Shown here in pieces: positions 15,931 to 24,826 of a stretch of DNA of 35,053 nucleotides. Origin of the DNA: a virus (lineage: Duplodnaviria > Caudoviricetes). The DNA lies in the IMG/VR virus record IMGVR_UViG_3300049209_000023, positions 1-35,053 of that record. One strand, given 5' to 3'. Both the position numbers and the translations under genes were made by a program. The notes beneath the pieces were generated by a model. That model did not search any database. It saw only the letters and a list, made by a program, of their open reading frames with translations, and had not been told where the DNA came from. Within the stretch, counting starts at the first letter, position 1. Each line of letters starts with the position of its first letter.

Positions 15931-17295
15931 ATGGTCTACACCATCGGAGTCTCTCAGGCGCCGCACGCCTCGCGCGCAAACGGAGGCGAGACGGCGACGG
16001 CGCGCGAGTATTTCGTCCGCCCGTCTCAGCGCACGCCGAACGGGCCGCGAATCGCGTCTGCCGTCGCCGGCATGGCGCCTGGCGAGTTCCGCTCGATCTA
16101 CCTGGACATGAGCGGTCGGATCAGGCAGGTCGTGCCGCCAGATCGTGCTACCGGCGCGTTCAATACGCTTGACTGGAACCCACACGCCTATTGGGACGCT
16201 GACACAGCGCAGCTAGTCTGGGGCGGGAAGCGGATCATGAACAAGCTAGCCGCGTACAGCGATGTCGTCGGCGACTTCCGCGAGCTTCCAATGCCGGCCG
16301 CGCTTGGCCGGGCCACCGGCACGGGCCATTGGTACGGGAACACGACAGACGGCGGCGAGCCGGGGAAGGTTTTCTTCGCGCGGCATAGGTACGACCTGCG
16401 CGACGAATCGAGTGTCCCAACGGGCAACCCGCCGAGCAGCACTGGCCCGGCGTCTTTGACTTGGGTCGGCGACAAGCTGGGGCAGGTTTCCGCGCTTCGC
16501 TACCAAGCATGGAACCCGGCCACGAGCACGTGGGATACGAACGTTTCAGGTCTTGCCCAAGGTGACCACGTTCTAGCGGCGTACCACGCCGCGCACGACC
16601 GGATTCTTGCTGTTGGCGGATCGTCGGTAGGCGGCAAGGCGACTCTGGTTCAGCGAGACGGAACAGCGGTCGTCGTGACATCCTGCCCGGGTGACGTTCA
16701 CATGAGCCCGGCCGGCTGGGTAATCGCGCACCCAAGCGGATGCTGGCTGGTTCGCTCGGGGACAACGGAGCGACTTTACGCGGGCTGGCCGAATGAGGCA
16801 CTCGATGATCTGTCTTGGGAAGACCTAGGCGCTACGCCTGATGCCGCCCTAACCTTTCCGACTGCTGCATGGGATTCCGACAGGGAACTAATCTACATCG
16901 TTGCCGTTGAGGGGTTTTACGCTTACAGGCCGCCAGAGCTGACGAATCCCCTTGGCGTTATCGCTGTGACGGACGCCTCGGATGTTGTGTCCGTGGTCGG
17001 TGTTGCCGGGTCTTCTGGCTCCGTCAGTGTCACAGACGCGGCGGATGTCGTTTCCGTTGTCGGCCTTGTTCCACCTGTCGGCTCCATCGCTGTTGTCGAT
17101 GCCGGGGATATTGTTTCCGTGGTCGGATCTGTTCCGATTGTTGGCGCTGTCTCGGTGACAGACGGACCCGATGTTGTTGCTATTGCCGGGGTAGGTCCCG
17201 CCCCAACAGCAGCGAGAGGGCGCAAAACGATAGTAGCAAGAGACGATTACGTCTCAGTAGTCGATAGAATCGACACATCAACACGATCCGTCTGA
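15931..17295 (+). CDS. Putative fibre/adhesin: propeller-like domain plus four 21-aa repeats
   Basis: Trp/Gly-rich blades, then the same repeat as in the upstream gene. Confidence 0.7.
   Translation: MVYTIGVSQAPHASRANGGETATAREYFVRPSQRTPNGPRIASAVAGMAPGEFRSIYLDMSGRIRQVVPPDRATGAFNTLDWNPHAYWDADTAQLVWGGKRIMNKLAAYSDVVGDFRELPMPAALGRATGTGHWYGNTTDGGEPGKVFFARHRYDLRDESSVPTGNPPSSTGPASLTWVGDKLGQVSALRYQAWNPATSTWDTNVSGLAQGDHVLAAYHAAHDRILAVGGSSVGGKATLVQRDGTAVVVTSCPGDVHMSPAGWVIAHPSGCWLVRSGTTERLYAGWPNEALDDLSWEDLGATPDAALTFPTAAWDSDRELIYIVAVEGFYAYRPPELTNPLGVIAVTDASDVVSVVGVAGSSGSVSVTDAADVVSVVGLVPPVGSIAVVDAGDIVSVVGSVPIVGAVSVTDGPDVVAIAGVGPAPTAARGRKTIVARDDYVSVVDRIDTSTRSV
16954..17193 (+). repeat. Four imperfect 63-bp coding tandem repeats
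   Basis: GSVSVTDAADVVSVVG-type units. Confidence 0.85.
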
Positions 17296-17319
17296 TCGGC
17301 CATTACATGAGGTCAGCAC

Positions 17320-17601
17320 ATGCGACCATTTGAAGCCTCACCCGGCGATGTCTTCCCGGTCATTACCGACTGGAGCACTTGGCTGAATGGCGCATCTATC
17401 GCTTCTGCATCGTTTGCGGTTGAAGGCGATCTGACGAAAGGCGCAGAGAGCACCAGCGGAAGCGAAACAACCGTTTCTGTCACGCTCTCGTCCAATTCAA
17501 TCCGAGGCAAGATTTCGTGCGTCAAAACGACCGTAACGACTGACGAGGCCCCGCCACGAATCAAGACCCATTGCCGCGAGGTAAAGACAAAAGCCTGTTG
17601 A
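17320..17601 (+). CDS. Small beta-sandwich-like protein (fibre adaptor candidate)
   Basis: GAGG RBS; DWSTWL.G.SI.S motif; last gene of the module. Confidence 0.65.
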   Translation: MRPFEASPGDVFPVITDWSTWLNGASIASASFAVEGDLTKGAESTSGSETTVSVTLSSNSIRGKISCVKTTVTTDEAPPRIKTHCREVKTKAC

Positions 17602-17608
17602 TTCCCCT

Positions 17609-17626
17609 AGGCCCTCGGGCCTTTTT
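17609..17626 (+). terminator. Possible intrinsic terminator
   Basis: AGGCCC-TC-GGGCCT-TTTT. Confidence 0.45.
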
Positions 17627-17652
17627 CTCCACCATAGCCATAGGTTTTAACA

Positions 17653-18477
17653 ATGGAAAACGCGAACGCATTGCCAAACGCCGATCAGGCAGTGGCGAGC
17701 GATCAGCCAAGCCAAGCTGAGCAGCTCGACCAAACCACCAAGGAAGAGGGCCAGCTAGAACAAGGCCAGGAAACGGCAGACGCCAAGGAAGATCAGCCAA
17801 AGCCAGAGAAAACCCCGGAACAGCGCGAGATTGAACGCCTGCGCCGTCGAATTGACCGCAAAACCGAGCAACTCGGCCGGCTGAGGGAGCAGATTTCTAC
17901 GCAGCCCTTGCAAAACGGCCGCCAACAGTCGCACAATCAAGACATTGAATCGGATAGCGAACAGCTATCGCTTACCCGCGAGCAACTGGCGGAACTGGTG
18001 CGCAAGGAAGCAGAAAGCCTTGCCCCGACTCTCCAGCAGCAGCGAGCGCAGCAAGAGCAGTTCAAGACCGCAGTTAAAAGCCTTGCTGATCACTACGGGG
18101 ACCGATTCGACGCAGTTACTGAAGAACTCGATGATCTCGTTGGAGGTCTCGCAGACGCCAGCAACAGGCCCACGCCTGTTACCCGCGCGATTCTGGAGGC
18201 CGAGAACAGGGCAGAGGTCATTGATTACCTGATTGCCAACCCCTCAGAGGCTAGCGATCTTGCAGAGATGAGCGAAGGCCAAGCCTTTCGCTACATCACC
18301 AAGATTGAAGCCAAGTTGCAGGCGGCCAAGGATCAGGACAAGCCCAAGCCGTCCAAGGCTCCCGCGCCGATTGAAGGCGCGCGAGGCATTGGCAAAGTCA
18401 CTTCCGCCCCGGACCCCTCAAATATCAAAGCCTGGATTCAACACCAGAACCGGCTTGAGGCACAGGGCAAGCTTTAA
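17653..18477 (+). CDS. Scaffolding protein
   Basis: Acidic disordered N-terminus, coiled coil and KPSKAPAPI C-terminus; precedes the coat gene. Confidence 0.85.
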   Translation: MENANALPNADQAVASDQPSQAEQLDQTTKEEGQLEQGQETADAKEDQPKPEKTPEQREIERLRRRIDRKTEQLGRLREQISTQPLQNGRQQSHNQDIESDSEQLSLTREQLAELVRKEAESLAPTLQQQRAQQEQFKTAVKSLADHYGDRFDAVTEELDDLVGGLADASNRPTPVTRAILEAENRAEVIDYLIANPSEASDLAEMSEGQAFRYITKIEAKLQAAKDQDKPKPSKAPAPIEGARGIGKVTSAPDPSNIKAWIQHQNRLEAQGKL

Positions 18478-18495
18478 ACATCGAGAGGATTCATC

Positions 18496-19770
18496 ATGGC
18501 AAACAGCCTTCAGACTTCTACCCTCATCACCAATGAGGTCCTGCGCATCGCGCACAACGCGTCCGCCTTCCTGGGCAACATGAATCGGGACTATGACCCG
18601 ATGTGGAAAGGCAAGTTCGCGCCGGGCAACACGATCTACGCGCGTCGTCCGGTCCAGTTCACCATCCGCAGCGGTGCGACGGCGAACGTTCAGGATGTGA
18701 CCGAATCGACCGTGCCTGTCGTGGTCCAGCCGGAGCTCGGTATCGACTTCGCTGTCAGCGACTTCGAACTGACCACGGCCATTCGCAACGATGGGAGCAT
18801 TGACCGTGCTTTCCGTGAGCGTTACCTCAAGCCCGCGGGTCTGCGCATTGCCGCCGAGGTTGACTACCAAGTCGGCCTGGCGATCAAAAACGATGTGGCT
18901 CATCTGGTGGGCACCCCGGGCACCGGCCCGAGCACCTATCAGCACATCGCTGACGCTCAGATCCCGATGGACAACGAGGCCTGCCCGCGTGATGGCATGC
19001 GCTATGCCGCGTTCTCGCCGACTGCCAACGCCGCTTTGGTCGGTGGTTTCTCTGGTCTGTTCAACAGCTCCAAGGAAATCAGCGACAACTACAAGAAGGG
19101 CGTTCTTCAGGATGCACTGGGTCTCAACATCATGATGAGCCAGAACATCCCGACGCACACGGTCGGCGGTTTGGGTGGCACTCCGCTGGTCAATGGCGCG
19201 AACCAAGGCATTACCAACTCGGGCGCAACTGACAACCCCTATGCGGCGACGACCTCGCTGATCACGGATGGCTGGACCGCGGCCGCTGCAAACCGCCTGC
19301 GCAAGGGTGATGTTTTCACCATCGCTGGCGTGTTCGCTGTCAACCCGGAGACCAAGCAATCCACGGGCGTCCTGCGCCAGTTCGTGGTGACTGCTGACGT
19401 TTCTTCGGATGGTTCGGGTAACGCCACGGTGGTTATCGCTCCGGCGATCATCGCGGGCGGCGCGTTCCAGAACGTCACCGCCCGCCCGGCTGACAACGCC
19501 GCGATCACCGTGCAAACCGGCTCGGCCTCGACCGCCTACCAGCAAAACCTGGTTTGGCACCGTGACGCCGTGACGTTCGTTTCTCCCGAAATGGAGCTGC
19601 CGAATAACATGGACATGGCCTCGCAGGCTTCGCTGGCTGATGAGGGCGGCATTTCGCTGCGCTTCGTCCGCGGCTTTGACATCCTCAACAACCGCCGAAT
19701 CAGCCGATTCGACGTGCTGTGGGGTGTGGCTGTGACCAAGCGTGAGTGGTGCGTGCGCCGCACTTCGTAA
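18496..19770 (+). CDS. Major capsid protein, P22 gp5-like
   Basis: MANSL.T..LIT.E.L start, NRDYD, KGDVFTIAGVFAVNP, RFDVLWG. Confidence 0.95.
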   Translation: MANSLQTSTLITNEVLRIAHNASAFLGNMNRDYDPMWKGKFAPGNTIYARRPVQFTIRSGATANVQDVTESTVPVVVQPELGIDFAVSDFELTTAIRNDGSIDRAFRERYLKPAGLRIAAEVDYQVGLAIKNDVAHLVGTPGTGPSTYQHIADAQIPMDNEACPRDGMRYAAFSPTANAALVGGFSGLFNSSKEISDNYKKGVLQDALGLNIMMSQNIPTHTVGGLGGTPLVNGANQGITNSGATDNPYAATTSLITDGWTAAAANRLRKGDVFTIAGVFAVNPETKQSTGVLRQFVVTADVSSDGSGNATVVIAPAIIAGGAFQNVTARPADNAAITVQTGSASTAYQQNLVWHRDAVTFVSPEMELPNNMDMASQASLADEGGISLRFVRGFDILNNRRISRFDVLWGVAVTKREWCVRRTS

Positions 19771-19777
19771 GTGTGAC

Positions 19778-19800
19778 GAGGGGGCTTCGGCCCCCTCTTT
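19778..19800 (+). terminator. Intrinsic terminator after the coat gene
   Basis: GAGGGGGC-TTCG-GCCCCCTC-TTT. Confidence 0.8.
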
Positions 19801-19818
19801 CCAATCAACGGAGCGTGC

Positions 19819-20070
19819 ATGTACCCCAAGAATCTATCCCTGACTCCCCCTGCCATTGGCTTTGCCGTGGCAAGCGACCAGGCCGAGGAAAAGGCCCTGT
19901 TGGCTCTCGGTTACGTCGATCCGAATGTCCCCAATGACGCCCCTGATCTTGTGGGCGACGTTGACGAGCTTGAGCCCCTGCGTCTTGAGCTTCAAGCGCT
20001 CGGCGTGAAGGTGGACAAGCGCTGGAAAGAAGATCGGCTTCGCGCTGAAATCGAGAAGGCCAAGCAATGA
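19819..20070 (+). CDS. Small protein with HeH-like C-terminal motif
   Basis: LQALGVKVDKRWKEDRLRAEI; GGAG RBS. Confidence 0.7.
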   Translation: MYPKNLSLTPPAIGFAVASDQAEEKALLALGYVDPNVPNDAPDLVGDVDELEPLRLELQALGVKVDKRWKEDRLRAEIEKAKQ

Positions 20071-20447
20071 CAACCGCGCGCCAGATCATCGGAGACGCAC
20101 TGACGTTTCACCTGAACCGTCTTAGTCCTGGTGAAACACTTCCGGCAGACACCGCTGATCTGTGCCTTGGCGCGCTCAATTCCGTCATCGATGACTGGAA
20201 CATGGATGGCGTAACGTTCGCCTCGTTCTCTGACATTGATGATGACCAAGACCTGCATAATGGTGGTCGGTATCTGCTTTCAATCCTGACGGCAGAACGA
20301 TCCGCTCCAACACTGGTTGGCGGTGTGCCGCCTGACGTTGCATTGAAAGCAGCGGGCGCAAAGCGTCGATACCGCGCGATCAACTCGAATCCCGCCATCG
20401 TCCATACGCACACCGATGTATCGGGCAACATTCTGGACGGCTTCTGA
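20067..20447 (+). CDS. Head-to-tail adaptor (P22 gp4-like)
   Basis: MTTARQII..AL...LNSVIDDW motif; synteny. Confidence 0.75.
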   Translation: MTTARQIIGDALTFHLNRLSPGETLPADTADLCLGALNSVIDDWNMDGVTFASFSDIDDDQDLHNGGRYLLSILTAERSAPTLVGGVPPDVALKAAGAKRRYRAINSNPAIVHTHTDVSGNILDGF

Positions 20448-21832
20448 TGGCCGGGCAGCGTACTCTCAAATGCCTAGGGCCTAGCTACCATCTTGCGGAG
20501 CGCAAGGCGGCGGTACAGCGGGCGGTCAACTGGTATCTGATGCGGATTGAGGGGGCGGGTGAAGATTCCCCGTTAGCCCTTGAGAGCGCCCCCGGCCTTG
20601 ATCTTCTCTACACCTTTGCCGGTGAAGTCCAAGGCATTCACGAAGCTGACGGCAGGCTTTTCGTCGCCGCCAATTCCGTGCTCTACGAGTACGTCGCCGG
20701 ATCGTTCGTCAGCCGCGGGTCAATCGCCAGTGGCCGAGTTGACATGACGCACGGGACCAATCAGCTTTTGATTGTCAATGGACCGTTCGGGTGGGCGCTG
20801 AATCTCAGCACGAACGCTCTGCAACAAATCACTTCTTCAGGCTGGTTGGGCTCTTATCTGGTTGACGAGCTAGATGGCTATTTCATCTTCGCCCGGCTTG
20901 ACTCGGACCAGTTCTATGTGTCGCAGATTGACGATGGAACCGTGTTCGATGCGCTGGACTTCTCTAGCGCTGACGCTCAGCCTGATTTGATCATTGCTCA
21001 GATTGTCAAGAAGCGCGAGCTTTACCTGTTTGGCTCGCGGTCTTGCGAGGTCTGGATTAACTCAGGCAGTCCCGACTTTCCCTTTGCTCGGTATCAGGGA
21101 ACCCCTATCGATGTGGGGGTTGTTGGTCGCTATGCCGTGACCCGCGCAGCAGATACGCTGATCTTTGTCGGGCAAACCGAACGAGGCGGCGGGATCGTCT
21201 ATGAAATGCAGGGCTATCAACCCGTCCGCATTTCGACGCAAGCCGTAGAGGAAGCGCTAGCGGAGTCTTCCGATCTGTCAGAGGCTAGCTGCTGGGTCTA
21301 TCAGGATGCCGGTGGGGAGTTTGTCGCCATCAACGCACCTGGCCTTGAATCGACGTGGGTTTGGGACGCGGCGACGAGGGAATGGCACGAACGCGCGGAA
21401 CTCGTTGAAGGTGCTTACGAACCCCTGCGCGTCACTGGCGTTGCCTATCATCGCGGTGAGCATTACGCCATCGGTGGAGACAAAATCTACCGCATGTCGC
21501 GCGAGTATGACTCCTACGCGGGCGATCCGATGGCCCGCGAGCGCACCTGGCCTCATCTTCGCTCTCCGGATCTTGAGCCGATCAGCTACCGAGGTCTTGA
21601 GCTTGTTTGTAGCACTGGTCAAAAGCCAACAGCGGCAAACATCACCCTCGAAATATCTAACGATGGCGGGGCGGTTTACGGTCCTCCGTTGCTGAGGTCT
21701 CTGGGTGTTTTGGGCCAGCGCATGCAGCGCGTCCGATGGCTTGGACTTGGCACCGCAATTGATCGCGTTTATAGACTGAGATGCACCGATGCAGTTAGAC
21801 TAACGATCACTGCCGCAACGGTTGACGCATGA
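20447..21832 (+). CDS. Tail hub / DNA stabilisation protein (P22 gp10-like)
   Basis: LDGYFI, ALDFSSA...PD, RIST.AVE, WHER, SNDGG and WLGLG motifs. Confidence 0.9.
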   Translation: MAGQRTLKCLGPSYHLAERKAAVQRAVNWYLMRIEGAGEDSPLALESAPGLDLLYTFAGEVQGIHEADGRLFVAANSVLYEYVAGSFVSRGSIASGRVDMTHGTNQLLIVNGPFGWALNLSTNALQQITSSGWLGSYLVDELDGYFIFARLDSDQFYVSQIDDGTVFDALDFSSADAQPDLIIAQIVKKRELYLFGSRSCEVWINSGSPDFPFARYQGTPIDVGVVGRYAVTRAADTLIFVGQTERGGGIVYEMQGYQPVRISTQAVEEALAESSDLSEASCWVYQDAGGEFVAINAPGLESTWVWDAATREWHERAELVEGAYEPLRVTGVAYHRGEHYAIGGDKIYRMSREYDSYAGDPMARERTWPHLRSPDLEPISYRGLELVCSTGQKPTAANITLEISNDGGAVYGPPLLRSLGVLGQRMQRVRWLGLGTAIDRVYRLRCTDAVRLTITAATVDA

Positions 21833-22170
21833 CGCTATTGACCATCCCGAGAGTAGGCATCCCGCTGGTGTCGGGTACAACTGTCTCTCCCGAGTGGTAT
21901 CGCTACTTTCACGATCTAGGGATTCGTGCTGGTGGTGTTGATGGGGCGGGGACAGACGATCTTTCGGCTTCGGCGTTTGAAGATGCGGGCATCCCCGAAC
22001 AGCAGGCGCAGATTTACACCCTGTCTGATGCTGTTGGGCAAGCCCCCGTTTATCAGGAGCCTCTGCTTGCTGAGAAAGTTGATCCTGATGCACGAATTGA
22101 AGCGCTTGAAGCCCAGGTGGCGGAACTAACCAAGGCCCTTGAAGGTCTGATGCAAGAGGTCAAGGAATGA
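21829..22170 (+). CDS. Tail needle/plug-like protein
   Basis: PEWYRYF N-terminus and C-terminal coiled coil; occupies the P22 gp26 position. Confidence 0.55.
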   Translation: MTLLTIPRVGIPLVSGTTVSPEWYRYFHDLGIRAGGVDGAGTDDLSASAFEDAGIPEQQAQIYTLSDAVGQAPVYQEPLLAEKVDPDARIEALEAQVAELTKALEGLMQEVKE

Positions 22171-22502
22171 CAGTCACCGCAAAACCGCTGATCACCAGCA
22201 AACAAGCCGCCAACGCGGAAACGACCGAGTACACGGCACCGGCTGGGACTCGAACCATCATCGACAAGTTCACCGGTCACAATGCTACAGGTGGAGCGGT
22301 GATTCTGACGGTGAAGCTGGTACCTCAAGGCGGGACCGCTGGCACGGAGCATATCGTCGCCGTCAAGTCCATCGCGGCTGGTGATACGTACACCTTTCCC
22401 GAGGTTGTCGGCCACGTTTTGGAGACTGGTGGATTTATCAGCGTGATTGCTGGCGCTGCTACGTCGATCAACATTCGCGCCAGTGGCCGAGAGGTGAACT
22501 GA
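22167..22502 (+). CDS. Small virion beta protein
   Basis: YTAP...TIIDKFT...YTFPEVVG; coupled ORF. Confidence 0.7.
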   Translation: MTVTAKPLITSKQAANAETTEYTAPAGTRTIIDKFTGHNATGGAVILTVKLVPQGGTAGTEHIVAVKSIAAGDTYTFPEVVGHVLETGGFISVIAGAATSINIRASGREVN

Positions 22503-22948
22503 TGATCCGCAAGGCAACCGCCCAAGATATCCCCGCATGTGTGGAGATGGGGCGCTTGTTCCATGCTGAATCTGGGGTGGCTGACCTTGTGCCATTCGAC
22601 GCGGATAGCGTGCGCGGCGTCATGGAAAAGCTGGTTGATGGCGGTGACGGTGTTTTGCTCGTCGCTGAATTAGAAGGTCAGCTCATTGGGATGACTTCCG
22701 GCATTGCGTATCCGCACTACTTCAATCAGGCGAAGAAGGCGGCGCAAGAGTTGTTCTGGTGGGTTCTCCCGGAGAAACGCGGCGGGACTGCTGGTGTCAG
22801 GCTTTTGACTGCTTTGGAGCATTGGGCCAAGGATGTTGGCGCCTCGACGTTGACCATGATCTGCCTGCCGATTGACAGCCCGGCAGAGTCGATCTATGCG
22901 CGAACGGGCTATAGGCCAATCGAGCGCTCGTTTATGAAGGGGTTGTGA
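22502..22948 (+). CDS. GNAT-family acetyltransferase
   Basis: MIRKAT..D, ELFWWV.PE.RG, Y.RTGY; occupies the P22 gp14 position. Confidence 0.85.
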   Translation: MIRKATAQDIPACVEMGRLFHAESGVADLVPFDADSVRGVMEKLVDGGDGVLLVAELEGQLIGMTSGIAYPHYFNQAKKAAQELFWWVLPEKRGGTAGVRLLTALEHWAKDVGASTLTMICLPIDSPAESIYARTGYRPIERSFMKGL

Positions 22949-22949
22949 T

Positions 22950-23588
22950 ATGGCAATCGGAACCGGAACCGCAATGCTGGTCGGCGCTGGCCTTGGTTTG
23001 GCCGGTTCGTCGATGCAGAGCCGTGCCGCAGGAAAGGCCGCGGATGCATCTCTCGCTGGAACAGAGGCGGGCATTGCAGAGCAGCGCAGGCAGTATGACC
23101 TGACCCGTCAGGACTTTGCGCCTTATCGAGACGTTGGAACGAACGCTCTGCGGCGTTTGTCTGGAGAGATTGAGCGTCCTGTAACCGCTCAGGATGTCAT
23201 GATGGACCCGGGCTATCAGTTCGGCTTGAGCGAGGGCCAAAAGGCTCTTGATCGCCGAATTGCTGCGATGGGCGGGCGCGTGTCTGGGGCTGCTATCAAG
23301 GCAGCGGGTCGGTTTGGCACGGACTACGCAAGTACCGGATTCAACGCGGCATATCAACGCCGACAGGACACGCTGAATCGCTTAGCTGCGATGGCCGGTA
23401 TTGGTCAGTCTGCTACCGGGTCTAGTGCTGCGGCTGGCGCTCAATCTGCCGGCAACATTTCCAACCTGCTGCAAAGCGGCGCGAATACCTCGGCGGCGGC
23501 TAGGATGGCTCAAGGCAATATCTGGGGCAACTTTGCCAACCAGCTCGGCGGAATGGCGTGGGACAAATGGGGCTCTGGGGGTGAGTGA
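22950..23588 (+). CDS. DNA ejection protein (gp7-like)
   Basis: Gly/Ala-rich; APYR..G, DPGYQF and SGAAIKA motifs. Confidence 0.85.
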   Translation: MAIGTGTAMLVGAGLGLAGSSMQSRAAGKAADASLAGTEAGIAEQRRQYDLTRQDFAPYRDVGTNALRRLSGEIERPVTAQDVMMDPGYQFGLSEGQKALDRRIAAMGGRVSGAAIKAAGRFGTDYASTGFNAAYQRRQDTLNRLAAMAGIGQSATGSSAAAGAQSAGNISNLLQSGANTSAAARMAQGNIWGNFANQLGGMAWDKWGSGGE

Positions 23589-24826
23589 TGGCAATTGAAC
23601 TCTTTGCCCAATACCTGCGCCCGGCCCGCGGTGTTGCCGAGTACGCTGGAGATTTCCAGCAGTTGCGCGCTGGCCGGGAGAATCTGACCGCGCAGCGTCA
23701 GCAAAACCAGCTAAATGCCATGGCGCTGCAGGAGCGCACGCGCGCTTCTGGTGATGCCGCGGAAGACCGAAACACCTTGCAGCGCATCGCGTCATCGTGG
23801 ACCCCTGAAACCACGGTGCAGGAGCGTATTGGACAGCTTCGTCTAAGCGGTAGGCCAAACCTAATGGCTCAGGCGGATGCTCTAGAGAAGACTTCACTTG
23901 ACGCTGACAAGACCCGAGCCGAGACCAAAGCAAAAGAAGCTGAGACGCTTACAAAGAATTTGAATGTTCTCAAGTTCTATGCTGGCGGCGTCATGGCGAA
24001 CCCGACGCGTGAAAACGCTGTTATGGCGTTGGATGCTTATGAGCAGTTGACCGGGCGAGACGCAAGTGCCGAGCGCCAGGCGATCATGGCATTTACCACG
24101 CCCGATCAAATCAAGCAGTGGGCGGCTTCCCGCGCGCTTGAGGCCGACAAGCTCATGCCAACCATTCAGCAGCGAGACACGGGCCAAGTGTCGGAGGTTC
24201 TGGCTGTTGACCCTGTTAGCGGTGCAGTGCGTGTAACCAATCAAGCGCGGAACACCGTTAGCCCCAATGCTCAGCTTCAGGCAAATGTCGGCATGGCTCA
24301 GGCCGGGGCACAGCGCGAAGTCGCGCAGGCAACCCGCGATGCCGCGTCCATCCGCGCTCGGGCAGAGGACGAGACTGGAATTCGCAAGGAGTTCAACTCA
24401 CTTCCCGAGGTCACCAAGTACAAGGCAGCCATTCCGGCTCACAGGGCTGTTGTTGAAGCCGCAAAGAGCAACAACGCTCAGGCTGACATTAACCTGATTT
24501 ATGGCCTTGCGAAGTTGTACGACCCTGAAAGCGTTGTTCGCGAGGGTGAATACGCGACGATCGCCAACAGCCAGAGCATCCCGGAATGGCTTAAGGGATG
24601 GGCGCAGCGAATCGCAGGCGGCGGAAAACTGACGACCGAGACCAAGAAACAGATCGTCCAGCAGGCCAATCAACGCTTGGATACGTTCAAGGCGGCCTAT
24701 GACACGGCGGATCAGGGCTATCGAGGCGTTGTCACTCGACGCGGCTTGAAGCCTGAGAACGTGCTGATTCCGGTCGGCGGTGTCGCCGGGCAGTCTCAAG
24801 TCATTGACTTCGGAGACCTGAAGTAA
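23588..24826 (+). CDS. DNA ejection protein (gp20-like position)
   Basis: Helical Gln/Ala-rich; DPESVVREGE motif; synteny. Confidence 0.7.
   Translation: MAIELFAQYLRPARGVAEYAGDFQQLRAGRENLTAQRQQNQLNAMALQERTRASGDAAEDRNTLQRIASSWTPETTVQERIGQLRLSGRPNLMAQADALEKTSLDADKTRAETKAKEAETLTKNLNVLKFYAGGVMANPTRENAVMALDAYEQLTGRDASAERQAIMAFTTPDQIKQWAASRALEADKLMPTIQQRDTGQVSEVLAVDPVSGAVRVTNQARNTVSPNAQLQANVGMAQAGAQREVAQATRDAASIRARAEDETGIRKEFNSLPEVTKYKAAIPAHRAVVEAAKSNNAQADINLIYGLAKLYDPESVVREGEYATIANSQSIPEWLKGWAQRIAGGGKLTTETKKQIVQQANQRLDTFKAAYDTADQGYRGVVTRRGLKPENVLIPVGGVAGQSQVIDFGDLK

Noticed and set aside
22502-22948. GNAT as a toxin or novel system
   Set aside because: It sits at the usual position of P22 gp14-like genes before the ejection proteins, and there is no antitoxin.
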